A stretch of DNA of 64,000 bases from the human T2T-CHM13v2.0 reference genome, Homo sapiens, in NCBI GenBank assembly GCA_009914755.4, contig CP086569.2, positions 62,368,001-62,432,000 of the forward strand. The letters run 5' to 3'. The notes under the pieces are model-generated. The model saw only the letters and a program-made list of their open reading frames with translations. It did no database searches and was not told the DNA's origin. The stretch's first letter is position 1. Every line of letters starts with the position of its first letter. Both the position numbers and the translations under genes were made by a program. Positions 42,375-57,137 of the stretch are shown one piece after another.

Positions 42375-43289
42375 TTATGACCCTGGATAGAGCTCAGAAA
42401 TCCACCCTTTAAGCTTCAGCAAGAGATAAAACAGGGACTCTGGACCCGGCACCAGATTGAAAGGAACAGGAAGTGCTCTCCCCTCCCCAAAGCAGGAAAA
42501 CCAGAGTTTGGCCCTTGCAAATTTCCACTCCACATCAGCGTCATCCTCAATTTCCTGGAGTGAACTGTTGATCATTGCAATTAACATATTTAGCAAAACA
42601 ATGACCATTGTAACATCATAGACTCCATAAAGAACATAACCAATGTTTTCAATGAATTTGTGGCTATAGTTGATGACCACTGATTTCACTGCAGAAAGCA
42701 CAAATGTAGCCCAGAACAGTGTCTTAAAACTCTCTTCAACTGTTGTGAAGGCTTCATTTTGTTTTACATCAATGTAGTAGGAGTAGAGGTTGAACATTCC
42801 AATCATAAAGGCCACAAACACCATAATGAATATGAGCATGAACCTGAAGATGTCTTTGACTGCTCCTCCAAGCGACGTCTGCAGAGGTCCAAAGCTTTCA
42901 TTTGCTGGCAAAATACAAGCTATCCCAGAGAAACTCAAAACCACAGCAACTGCACAAAGACCTTCAGACACCATACGAGGATCCGAGGGGTCCCACTCCC
43001 TCCTGGCCAAACTGTAGTATTTCACATTATCTCCCAATGTTACTTTTGTCAAGTCCTTCAAAGTATCACTTGCATCAGTGATGCTCTGGGCTTTGGAAGC
43101 ATGCCAGAATGCCCTGAATCTTGCAATGAATGATGCTGATAAAATTGCTAACATACCAAAATCAAGCATGTTCCACAACTCAAACAAATATTCCTTGGGG
43201 CCTTGAGTCCAAATTTCTTTACATTCAGCCCATATCATGCCTCTGTGCTCATTAAATCTGTTTTTCTCTAGCAGAGGCAGGTTAACCAT
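42375..43289 (-). pseudogene. TRPC6P: TRPC6-derived intronless pseudogene fragment (TRPC channel TM2-TM6, pore, TRP box)
   Basis: 304-aa uninterrupted [102 protein letters not shown] is collinear with, and about 85-90% identical to, human TRPC6 across regions encoded by several exons in the parent gene. So cDNA-derived. Homology is lost abruptly at both ends. Confidence 0.85.
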
Positions 43290-43636
43290 GAAACTGAAGC
43301 TTCAAGATGACTTTACTTGCCCAGGCTCCTTCTAAGTCCTCACTTTGTCTTCTGTTTCTCTAAATGGGGCCCTCTGAATAAACAAGCCTCAGATTCCCCT
43401 GGTCTTACCCCATGCCTCACCCTCTTCATAATAAGTGCCTTAAGAAATTCAAGTAAGCAGAATGTTTGCTTTCACTTTGTCCCATCATTGTTAACCTGGT
43501 TCTTCCGAGTGCTAAGCTTTCCCACCGAGCTTCTTTCAGTTATCCTCGGGTGTCCTTTGACAATGCATCCTCCGCTTTCACACGCTCTAGTGTTCCTTCA
43601 CCGGGATCTTTGTTGCCTCACGTTGGGCAGCCAGGA

Positions 43637-44240
43637 ATGTTGGGGTGATCGGACCCAACACCAGGTCATGGGAGCGATGAAGTCTGGTGGAGTCAAAGGA
43701 ATGAGAAAAGACAGTTTGAGAAAGAAAGTGAGTTCAGGGGGCCATCGCTAAGTATGGAGGCTGTGAAGGCCCCGAGCTCTGGAAGCCCAGACTATTTATT
43801 GGTGATCAAAGAAACAGGTGGTGAGAATGTGGGGTTGAAAGGGCGCATTGCATTAAGCACAAGATTTACAGCTGTGATGGTTTAGCATATGCTCTGCTAC
43901 TTGAGATAATGGAGAGCAGGTTCTTTTAACTGAAGATACAATCAATCCTGGGAGAGCAAGGAGCAAGGAGCCAGCAAGTCTAGGCACATTCCAGAGGCCC
44001 CTGGGGGGTTTTGTGCCCTGAGCCCTGGATTCTATCCAAGCCACGAGGGGTTTTATGCCCTGGGCTTAGATTATGGTGCATCAGGGTAGCCTTCTACCCT
44101 TTACCACAGAGCTTGGTGTTCCAAAGGCCACGAGGGGTTTTAGACCTTGGACCCTGGAAATGTTCCAAGACTCTGTTACATTATGTCAGACATGCAAGCC
44201 CTGCCTCAGCTTCTCTCCCAACCCTCAGCTTCTCCCAACA
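43637..44240 (+). repeat. Direct repeat copy A' (paralog of 40772-41404)
   Basis: atgttggggtgatcggacccaacaccaggtcatgggagcgatgaagtctgg..ctcagcttctcccaaca, then continues into MaLR internal sequence. Confidence 0.85.
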
Positions 44241-44925
44241 GGCAGAGCCCTCATGGAGAACCTCTACTAGAGCAGTGTGAGAACCTCTACTAGAGCAGTG
44301 CAGAGGGGAAATGTGGGATTGGAATCCCCACACAGAGTCCCCAGTGGTGCACTGCCTGGTGGAGCTGTGAAAAGAGGGCCACCATTATCCAGACCTCAGA
44401 ATGGTAGATCTACTGATGGCTTGCACCATGCACCTGGAAAAGCTGCAAGCAGTCAACACCAGCCCATGAAAGCAGCTGTGGGGGCTGTACCTTGCAGAAC
44501 CTCAGAGGCAGAGCTGCCCAAGGCCTTGGGAGCCCATCCCTTGCATCAGTGTGGCCTGGATGTGAGACATGGAGTCACAAGAGATCATTGTGAAGCTTTA
44601 AGATTTAATCATTGCCCTGCTGGGTTTCAGACTTACATGGGGCCTGTAGCCCCGTTGTTTTGGCCAATTTCTCCCATTTGGAATGGGAACATATACCCAA
44701 TGCCTGTACTCCCATTGTATCTTGAAGTAACAAACTTGTTTTTTATTTTAGAGGCTCATAGGTAAAAGGGACTTACTTTGTCTCAGATGAGACTTTGTAC
44801 TGTGGATTTTTGAGTTAATGCTGAAATGAATTAAGACTTTAGGGGACTATTGGGAAGGCATGATTAGATTTGAAATGTGAGAAGGACATGAAATTTGGAA
44901 GAGGCCAGGGAAGAATGATATTATT

Positions 44926-45271
44926 TGCCTCTGTCCCCACCCAAATCTCATGTCAAATTGTAATCCCCATGTGTCAGGGAGGGATCTGGTGGGAGGTGAT
45001 TGGATCATGGGGGCAGATTTCCTCCATGTTGTTCTTGTGATAGTGAGTTCTCCTGAGATCTAATAGTTTAAAAGTGTGGCACTTCCTGATTTGCTCTTTC
45101 TCCTGCCACCATGTAAGATGTGCCTGGTTTCCCCTTCACCTTCCATCATGATTGTAAGTTTCCTGAGGCCTCCCCAGCCGTGTGGAACTGTGCATCAATT
45201 AAACCTCTTTTCTTTATAAATTACCCAGCCTCAGGTAGTTCTTTATAGCAGTGTGAAAATGGACTAATGCA
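44926..45271 (+). mobile_element. THE1/MST-type LTR (3' LTR of MaLR element)
   Basis: tgatattatttgcctctgtccccacccaaatctcatgtcaaattgtaatccccatgtgtcagggagggatctgg .. aaatggactaatgca. Confidence 0.75.
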
Positions 45272-45789
45272 ATACCCGTGAGGAAAATGAAGGACTAGCA
45301 CATTGGGCCTTAATAAAAATTTAAAGCTGAATAACTGGCCCCCATATCTATAATGAACGTTACCTCTGGTTCAGTCTCAATCAGATTTGCCTGAGGCTCA
45401 TCCATACAGATGGAAAAGATAGGAGCCTGGAAGGCCTCAATGTCCCATCAATCATCTAGAGGATGACTTTCAGAGGCTTGATCATAATCCAGGAATAGAG
45501 TTAGAGGTGCTTGTCCTTGCCCTTGCCCTCATCCTTGTCCTGCATGACACCCCTGTCAGATAGGTTGGTGAGGTTGTGGCTGTAACAGCCTAGAAGGAAG
45601 AGGTGGCCCTCTCCTGAAAGAGAGAGGGACACTTACTCTTCTAATGATCCTCTTGTTTGCAATGAGGACAGGGTCCTGGGGGTAGCTTGTAATTTGGAGG
45701 TTTGGGATATTCTCTACTCTAGTGTCCTGGATTCCTGCAGCGTTGATAGGCCCCCATTCTGTTAGTATTATAGGGATGAGTCTTGGGTT

Positions 45790-46200
45790 TATTAGCTAAC
45801 GAAAAATAATGTATCAATGCCATTGCCATGTAATTCGCTTGGCAATGGCATTTTTCCTCCTCTAATTGAGCCTTTTTTTATTTTTGAGGTTGCCTCCCAG
45901 TCATTGAAAACCTTAAAGGCTGTATTTAGTAAAGTAGGGAAGGGAATGTGAGTGCCTTGCTCTAATTTTTGGAGTTTTTGTCTGATGTCTGGGGAAGCCT
46001 GACGTATAAGCTGTACAGCCAGAATGGATTGGCCCTTAGGGCTTTCAGGGTGTGAATTTGTATATTTATGCATTGCCTCCACCAGTCCAGCTTGGAAAAG
46101 GGTGGAGTTCTCAGATGGTTCCTGAGTGATTTCTTGTAACTTAGAAAAATTAACAGGTTTTATCACAGGCTTTTTCATTCCTTCCATCAAGCACGTTATT
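45790..46200 (-). pseudogene. ERV gag (capsid) remnant
   Basis: 132-aa ORF ..MHKYTNSHPESPKGQSILAVQLIRQASPDIRQKLQKLEQG.. resembles the conserved gammaretroviral capsid segment (YT..DPE.P.....V...FI.QSAPDIRRKLQKLE). Confidence 0.5.
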
Positions 46201-47184
46201 ATATAATCTCATCGGCAGATGAGATAACATTTGTTATTGCCAATTGGGTTCTCTGTTGAGGACAGCTTCTGCCTCAACCCTTTTATCATTAGGATTATGA
46301 GCATGAACTTTATTTGTCTACGCTTGAGCTAAAGACCATATGTGTGATTTTTCTTTGTGGGAATGGCACGAATATGTCTTGTCAGGTTAAATCAAAGGAG
46401 TTCTTGAGTGAACTTAGAGGGATCCTGGCAAAATGAATCCAATGTGGGTTGAATTTGTGAAAGATCAGACATTGGAAAAGGGACATGAACTCAAATTGTT
46501 CCCAAATCTCTATTTGCCATCTTGTGGACAGGCAAAACATTTTTGGGATTTTTGGAGGAATCTTAGAGTTGCATATGTGACTCCCGAGTGAGTATGTGAG
46601 GGGGATAAAGTATCTGGTTATGGGAAGGGTTGATTAGGGGATGGAGCAGATGGAGAGGTTGTAGGTGAAGCAGGAGCAGGCTGAGGAGAGTGTGGTATGC
46701 AAAAGGAAGGATCGTCTAAGACATCAGAATCAGGGAGAGAGGAAGTTCCTTGGAAGCATGTATGATAATTTTTATTTGGGGATTTGGGGATAAAGCCAAA
46801 AAGACCTCAACATGTGGGACCTCTGAATGCAAAAAAAAAGTATACACTTCTTTTTGGGAGTTTGTGGGTTAAAATGGGGTCACTTTTTAAGACTGCAACC
46901 CAAGGGCGAGTAGGAATGACTTGCCCTTGCCTGGATGACCAGGCCAGGTGTGCCCTTGTTTGAGTGGTCAACTCAAACCTAATGGGAAGGAGAACTCACC
47001 CGTAACTTGGGATATGGTGCCTCTGATGTTGAATCCAAAATTGTGTCCACAACCAGTGGAATGTGAAGAGTTGAGATTATTGTTTCCAAGGCATGGGTTA
47101 CAGAGTGTTCAGTGAAAGTGGACTTGCCACCACAAATGGCTAATTATTATTTTTTCATTTTTTTATTTTGTAAAGATGGAGTTT

Positions 47185-47492
<308 letters not shown>

Positions 47493-47739
47493 TATCAGCA
47501 GATTTCTAATCATAAATTTTGGGGAACAGAAGGTAGTGGGCTCATATATTTAAAGCAGTGGAAGAAAATAGCTGTCAACCAAGACTCCTGTACTTAAAAG
47601 GTGAGGGAGAAATTAAGACATGCCCACAGAAACAAAAGCTGAGAGATTTCATTACGACTAGGTCTGCCCTGCAAAAAATGCCAAAAGGAGTCCTTCAGGT
47701 TGAAATGAAGGGACACTAGGCAGTAATTTGAAGCCATAA

Positions 47740-48023
<284 letters not shown>

Positions 48024-48332
48024 CAGAAATAAAGATCTTAGTAAAGGTAAATACAAGAGCAGTTATAAAAGCTACTATTAACTTTGGGTTGTAATTCTAT
48101 TTTTTGTTATTTTACTTGATTTAAGAGCCTAATACATGATAATGAGTATTAGTGTAAAAGCTAGTATTACTGTAAGTGATTTGTAATTTCACATTTTGTC
48201 TTCTACATAATGTAAGAGATTAATGAATTTAAAATTATTAGTTTATATTTCTGGACATACAATGTATAAATATGTAATTTTGTAACATCAGTAACTGAAA
48301 AGGAGTGGGGATGGAACTGCACAGGGGCATAG

Positions 48333-48807
<475 letters not shown>

Positions 48808-49290
48808 GTTTTTGTATGTTATTGAAGTTAAGTGATAGAAATTCAAATTGGAGTGTCTTAATATTAGGAGGTTAAATGTAATCCCATGGTAGCCACAAAG
48901 AAAATAGCTTAGCTATAGAATATCCACAAAATGAAATGAGAAGAGAATTTAGATGTTTCACTGTAAAAAAAAATCAACTAAACACAAAAGAAGACAGTAA
49001 TGCAGGATATAAGGGACCACAAAAAAAAGCCATAGGGCATATAGAAAACACATGGCAAAATCACATAAGTGAGTCTCTCCTTATCAGTAATTATTTTGAA
49101 TGTAAGTGGATAAACTCTCCAATCGAAAGATAGAGATTGGCAGAATGGATTAAAAAAACATGATCCAGGTGGGTGGTGGAATGGGGAAGATATTGGTCAA
49201 AGAGTATAGTTTCAGATGGGAGGAATAAAGTGTTTTACTTGAAATTTATTGCACAGCATGGTCGCATGGTGAATGTAGGGTTTTGGTTGC

Positions 49291-49590
49291 TTTTTTTTTT
49301 TGCCTTTTTTGCAACAAGGTCTCATTATTTTGCTTAGGATGGAGTACAATGACACAATTACAGCTTACTGTAACGTTGAACTCATGAGCTCAAGTGATCC
49401 TCCCACCTCAGCCTCTTGACTAACTAGGACTATAGGCACCGCACCTGACTGTTTTTTAATTTTTAACTTTGTAAGAGATGGGGTTTTGCTGTGTTGACCA
49501 GGCTGGCCTTGAACTTCTCACCTCAAGTAGTCCTCCCACCTTGGTCTCCCAAAGTGTTGGGATTACAGGCGTGAGCCTTCCTGCCCAGCC
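49291..49590 (-). mobile_element. Alu element (older, diverged)
   Basis: Poly-T then ..gcaacaaggtctcattattttgcttaggatggagtacaatgacaca .. gtgagccttcctgcccagcc. Confidence 0.85.
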
Positions 49591-49789
49591 ATAAATGTAA
49601 TTTATTGCACATTTCAAAATTGCTAAGAGTAAATGTTCTCACAACAAAGAAAAAGTGTATGAGGTGATGGATATGTTAACTACTTTGATTTAAGCACTTC
49701 ACCTTATATTCCTAAATTCTAATATAACATTGTACTCCATAAACATATACAATTATAATTTGTCAATGTACCACTTAAAGAAATGATCC

Positions 49790-50002
49790 AAGCCTGGGCA
49801 ATGTGGCAAAACCCTGTCCCTACAAAACATACAAAAAGAAAAAATAGCCAGGTGTGGTGGTGCCCACTTATGGTCCCAGCTACTTAGAAGGTTGAGGTGG
49901 GAGGATCACTTGAGCCCAGGATGTCAGTGAGCTGTGATTGCACCACTGCATTCCAGCCTGAGCAACAGAGCAAGACCTGTCTCAAAAAATAAATACAGAA
50001 AT
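49790..50002 (+). mobile_element. Alu element, 5'-truncated
   Basis: agcctgggcaatgtggcaaaaccctgtccctacaaaa .. cattccagcctgagcaacagagcaagacctgtctcaaaaaataaat. Confidence 0.8.
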
Positions 50003-50169
50003 AACATTTAAAAATGATCCAAGTATACACTGTCTACAAGAGTCTCACTTTAGATCTAAAGACACAAATAGGATGAAAGTAAAAGGATAGGGAAAGACAT
50101 GTCATGCAGATAGTAACCAGAAGAGATCAGGAGTGGCCATATATAAATAATCCAATCACAGAAAGATTA

Positions 50170-50496
<327 letters not shown>

Positions 50497-50736
50497 TTAA
50501 TACTATATAAGTCCACTTATATGAGGTACCTAGCATAGACAGAAAGTAGAATGGTGGTTAACAGGTGGTTGTCAAGTTGAGGGGAGGAGGGAATGGAGAG
50601 TTGTTGGTTAAGGGTACAAAGTTCCAGTTTTGCAAGATGAAAAGGATTGTGGAGATGGGTGGTGGTGATGGTTGCACAACAATATAATAGTACTTAATAT
50701 GTTAATATCACTGAACTGTACACTTAAAAATGGTTA

Positions 50737-51016
<280 letters not shown>

Positions 51017-51267
51017 GTATAAACCAGTGTAAGCATGCTGGATCCATACAAATGTATAAACCATTCTTAGCTCACAGGTTTTAAAAATTAGGCTGGATTT
51101 GGCCCGTGTCATTTGCTGACCTCTGTTCTACCTCATAGGGCTGTGACAATTTATGTAGTTTAACATATAACAAGTCCTCTCTGTATCCATCTTGCAGATA
51201 AGGAAACTGAGGCTCAGAGAGGTTAATGTTCCTTCTTCTTGTATGCATTGTTATAATTTATTCCATA

Positions 51268-51566
<299 letters not shown>

Positions 51567-51569
51567 TAA

Positions 51570-51926
<357 letters not shown>

Positions 51927-53012
51927 TAGTTTCTATTTCTCCTCTGAGATTTCCTATGTATTCATTGGGAGCATATTTTCCTTTATATATTTGAGCATAG
52001 TAAGAGTATCTGCTTTAAAACCTTTGCTATTTCCAACAACTTATTCCTGGAAGTCAATCTTCATTGATTATCTTTTCTCTTAAGCATGGGTGACATAGTA
52101 CTCTTTCTTCATGTGTTTGATAAATTTGTTTTTATCTTAGAAATTGTGAATGGTATACATTGTTGAGACTGTGTGTTCTGTTATATTTCTCTGGAGGGTG
52201 TTTAAAAATTTTTTTTAATTTTGTTTTTGTTTGTTTGTTATTTTAGCAGGCAGAAAACTCTGTGTCCTGAGGTGAACAGCTGAAACTTCTGTTCAGGTTA
52301 TTTAACCTTAGCTGGGCTCCTTGGAGTTAGCTGGCAGATGTATAGTTCAAGGGTCATCCAGAGATTTGGGTAGAATTTAGATGTAGAATTTGGGGCTCTC
52401 TTCTCTGGTTTTTCTTTTGAGAATTTCCTTTCTCCCTATCCAGCCCTTGTGGTCTCTGCTTCTGAGGTTATGATATGGGTAGTGTGGTCTGCTGGTCTTG
52501 AGTTAGTAAATTCTGGCTTCAGCAAGATAGAAGGCACACTGACAGAAAGAAGCTGTCTTGGTAAGGACACTAGTGCAGGGATGGCTCCAGTGAGTAGAAC
52601 AGTATATGCTTGTAGCAGGTAAGACTGGAGCCAAGCTGATTAAAATTCAACCCCAAAGAACACACAAGTAATAAATACATGAAAAGATGCTTATCTTGAC
52701 TAATACTCAAGGAAGTACAAATTAGAACCACATTGAAATATCTTAGCCTATCAGATTGGCAAAGATGAAAAAGACTGATAATGTTTACTGTTGGTGAAGG
52801 TTACAGGCATTCTTACATTGTTGGTGAGAGCAAAAGTCTGTGCAACACTTTTTATGTAGGGCCATATCTCAGCATCTATCAATATTTTAAAATGCTAACC
52901 CTAAGACCCCACAATTCTACCCCTAGCAATTTATCCTACAGTAGGACTCACTCTGTTGTTTGAAGATCCATGCCCAGAATTATTCACGAAATTCACTTAA
53001 AATAGCATATAT

Positions 53013-53130
53013 GCTTGAACCCAGGAGTCTGAGGCTGCAGCGAGCTATGATCATGTCACTGCACTCCAGCCCAGCCTGGGCGACAGAGCAAGACTCTGTG
53101 TCTAAAGAAATGAAAATAAAAATAAATAAA
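53013..53130 (+). mobile_element. Alu 3' fragment with target-site duplication
   Basis: gcttgaacccaggagtctgaggctgcagcgagctatgatcatgtcactgcactccagcc..aaataaataaa. Flanked by aatagcatata at 53001-53011 and 53131-53141. Confidence 0.75.
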
Positions 53131-53189
53131 ATAGCATATACAGGCAACAATCCAAATGTTCATTGCAGAAATTATGATTATTATTGTTT

Positions 53190-53312
53190 TTCTTTTAGAG
53201 GCAGGGTGTCACTCTGTTGCCCAGACTAATCTTGACCTCCTGTGATCCTCAAGAGATCCTCCGGTCTCTGCTTCCCAAAGTTCTTGGATTACAGGTGTGA
53301 GGCACTGGGCCT
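53190..53312 (-). mobile_element. Alu fragment
   Basis: tttagaggcagggtgtcactctgttgcccagactaatcttgacctcctg .. ggattacaggtgtgaggcactgggcc. Confidence 0.7.
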
Positions 53313-53488
53313 AGACATTGCAGGGATTATTAAACCATGGTGCATACTACCATTAAAGGTATGAGGTAGGTTTTATATGCTGACCTAGAAAGATGGTGCA
53401 ACACCATAGGGGAACAAGAAGGCTGCAAAGTGGCAGCACAGCAGGAGTCTTTAAGAAATAGGTATTTGTTTCAGCTTAAGAAGTGTCT

Positions 53489-53788
53489 GGCTGGGCGTGG
53501 TGGCTCACACCTGTAATCCCAGCACTTAGGGAGGCTTAGGTGGGCGGATCACTTGAGGTTAGGAGTTCAAGACCAGCCCAGTCAACACGGTGAAACCCCA
53601 TCTCTACTAAAAATACAAAGAAATTAGCTGGGCTTGGTGGCAGGTGGCTGTAATCCCAGCTACTCAGGAGCTGAGGCAGGAGAATCATCTGAACCCGGGA
53701 GGCCGAGGTTGCAGTGAGCCTAGATCGCACCACTGCACTCCAGCCTGGGTGACAGAGTAAGACTCGGTCAAAAAAAAAAAAAAAAAAG
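53489..53788 (+). mobile_element. Alu element (full length)
   Basis: ggctgggcgtggtggctcacacctgtaatcccagcacttagggaggc .. gactcggtcaaaaaaaaaaaaaaaaaa. Confidence 0.92.
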
Positions 53789-54136
<348 letters not shown>

Positions 54137-54399
54137 CTAACTACTCACAGTGGCTACTTCTTGGGGGAGGTGAAAGGGGACCCTGTTAAAGAATTTTTCT
54201 TCTGTATTGTTTTTCTTCAACTGAGTCTGCATTAATTTTATATTTAATACTCTCCCCACCCCTGATGCTCACAGGTTGCTTTAGCTGGTGGAAGGAGAAC
54301 CTGCACCTCTGGTTTTGGCAAAGTGTAGAAGGGGACAAGGGCACTGCTCTGCACCTGCACAGGTTCTTGCCTCCTGGGGTCAGTTTAATGAATCTCAGT

Positions 54400-54561
54400 G
54401 GTGTTTCTTGGGAAGAACACAGTGGACACTCACTTGCCAGTCAGTAGACAAATCACTGAAGTCCATGTCTGGCAGTTCTCAATGTCATGGGGACTGTAAG
54501 GTTGTCATGTCTCACAGTTCCCTGACTTAGAAGATTAGTGGTGACAGACACTTCTCAGCTC
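54400..54561 (+). promoter_or_regulatory. IL9R: Presumed IL9R proximal promoter region
   Basis: Lies immediately upstream of the sequence I recall as the start of the IL9R mRNA 5'UTR (agcagctctgtaatgcgcttgtggtttcag.., about 54562). No CpG island is evident. Placement is inferred only. Confidence 0.3.
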
Positions 54562-54750
54562 TGCTCGGGAGAGCAGCTCTGTAATGCGCTTGTGGTTTCA
54601 GATGTGGGCGGCCTGTGTGAACCTGTCGTGCAAAGCTCACGTCACCAACTGCTGCAGTTATCTCCTGAATCAGGCTGAGGGTCTTTGCTGTGCACCCAGA
54701 GATAGTTGGGTGACAAATCACCTCCAGGTTGGGGATGCCTCAGACTTGTG

Positions 54751-54778
54751 ATGGGACTGGGCAGATGCATCTGGGAAG
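54751..54778 (+). CDS. IL9R: IL9R coding exon 1 (MGLGRCIWE-G, phase 1 donor GTGAGT); 5'UTR extends upstream to about 54562
   Basis: atgggactgggcagatgcatctgggaag|gtgagt translates to MGLGRCIWE plus the first base of a Gly codon. Confidence 0.85.
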
Positions 54779-56834
54779 GTGAGTCTGTGCTTTGGGCTTC
54801 CCAACCTCTCAAGTCAGCATGAAATTCAGAAGGCAGAGAGGGACATGTGGCCCTCCAACTCGGGGCCCAGGGAGCCACTGTGGCATTTGAGAGCGCCACC
54901 CTAGCTTTACCTCCTCTGGTGTCCTGGCCTTGTGTATCTCTTAGAGATGGCAAAATTTGCAGCCCTGACCTCAAGGATTACAAACTAATTTCCAGTCCTG
55001 TAGGGGTCATGGGTTCTGCTGTGGCCAGTGTGGCACTGAGTTTGTCAGGCAGAATTTCTAATTATGGAAGGAACTCTGCTTCCTCAGTGATTGAACTGAC
55101 CTTTGTGGGGGTGCCTTTGTGGGGTGAGAATGGGCATACTTGGGCCTCAGTTGTGATGGCCATGGGGTGGAGCTGAGGTCTAGGCCCAGGGCTGGGAAAG
55201 CTTCTACCAACCCCGAGGCATTTGGGTGTTTTAGGGCAGAAGAGGAGCCAGGAGGATGGGTATGCCCCACTGGAGCTGTGTGTGGGGCAGCAGGTGAGGG
55301 TGGGATTCCAGAGGGAGGGTCAACCCAGCCAAGCAGAGGAAGGGGAGGAGAGGGTTTGTTTTGGAAAGAACATCACCCTCTCAGTTTCCTGGGGTCTGGA
55401 TAGCCTGTTCTTGTGATGAGCTGGAGGATGTGGGCCCTGCTTGGATCCTCCTCTCCCCTCCCTGCCCCCATTTTCTCTTCCTGTGATTTATGCTGTTCTG
55501 GGCTCACCCTCTTCCCAGAGCTGTCACGCTACAGCTGACAGGCAGGGCAGGCGTTTTAATTATTATTAATTTTTTTTTGAGACAGAGTTTGAGACAGTAT
55601 CAAGAGTGGGTATCCTCTCAGCGTGTCTTCAAGTAGCATCCCAGAGCCCCGCTCCTGGGTACCCACAACATGAACACCGTCCAGAAGCAAGGGCAGCCTC
55701 TGCAGGTGGGGCGGGGGTTGGAAAACATTTATCAAACGGTTGAGTTGGGTGCAGGGGATGCAACATGATCAAACAGGGTCTTGCCTCCAGGAGCCTCATG
55801 TAGGGACAACGCACAGTGATGACCTTCAACTGCAGTGGGGCAGCAAGGCTGTGGGAGGGGTGTTTTGGGCAGAGCAGGCGACGTGGGTACCTCTTCAACA
55901 AGACAGCAGGAAGAGCACGGACATCATTTTCCCGTCTCACCTCCAGACTCCCAGGGGACTGTGCCAATATCCTCACTCCAGCCCTGGCCCATGGCCACTG
56001 CTCAACCCTTGGGCCCTGTCAGTTCAGGGCTGTGCAGAAGGAGAGTTGCCTGTGCTCAGGCTCAGGGGTTCCGTCCAGCTAAGGAGGCCTACTAGGGGAC
56101 TGGGGAAAGGCCTCATGAAGGACCAGGCCTGTGATGGGGAGGGAAGATGGCAGAGGGGACAGTGGGAAGCAGAGCAGCAGGGGTCTCCTCCACGCCTCTC
56201 TGTACTTCTCCCACCCACCCTTGCCTGCTCCCCTCTGCCCTGGGTATGTGCCCTTGTCCACCCAACACCTCTGCAGTGCCAAGTCCAGCCCTGACTTCTT
56301 CCTGAGCTGTGGCCCAGCGTTCCCACAGGCATTTACCTCACGGATGCAGCACTGCCCCTCATCCTCTTCTCTGAAAGTGTGTGGGAAATGCTTCTTGGTG
56401 CCATCTCTCTCCCACCCTGCCTTCCCTGCACCTTCTCTATGAGGTGTCTGTTGTCTCTGTACTTGCCTCCAGCTGGCCTTTCAGACCCCATCCCTCCTGC
56501 CTCCTGCCCATCCCTACCCCTGTCAGCACCTTACATACTCTGTGCCCAACAGCATTGGGGATTCCCACTGTGCTGAAGGAAGTCCTCATGTGGTCCAGAG
56601 AGGGAGCTGGCCCCTGCTCCCATTTCCAGCACCATTTTCTGGCACAGGCTCCATGTCCCCAGGCTCCAGCTGCTTCTGGGGTACCAAGGTCTGCATTTCT
56701 TCCTCTTCCCCCAGCAGACAGAAGACCTTGCTGGACAGGTGTCCACTTCAATAGTAACTTCTGAGGCTGCCAGCCTCCTGAATGGTCCAGAAGAACCAGA
56801 CCCTTCCCCGCCCCCATTAAAAAAGACAAAATAT

Positions 56835-57137
56835 GGCCAGGCATGTTGGCTCATGCCTGGCATCCCAGCACTTTGGGAGGCCAAAGCAGGTGAATCACTT
56901 GAGGCCAGGAGTACGAGACCAGCCTGACAAACATGGTGAAACCCTGTGTCTACTAAAAATACAAAAATTAGCCAGGCGTGGTGACTCATGCTTGTAAATG
57001 CTTGTAATCCCAGCTACTTGGGAGGCTGAAGCAGGAGGATCACTTGAACTCGGGAGGCAGAGGTTGCAGTGAGCCGAGATCACGCCACTGTGTTCCAGCC
57101 TGAGCGACAGAGCGAGACTCCGTCTAAAAAAAAAAAA
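56835..57137 (+). mobile_element. Alu element (IL9R intron 1) followed by an (AT)n/(AC)n microsatellite 57137-57170
   Basis: ggccaggcatgttggctcatgcctggcatcccagcactttgggaggccaaagcaggtgaatcacttgagg .. ccgtctaaaaaaaaaaa, then atatatatatatacacacatatatatatg. Confidence 0.9.

Noticed and set aside
55740-56294. 184-aa ORF in IL9R intron 1 and its overlapping antisense ORFs
   Set aside because: GC-rich sequence with low stop-codon frequency. The composition is Pro/Gly/Ser/Arg-rich, typical of chance ORFs. No splice acceptor or Kozak context.
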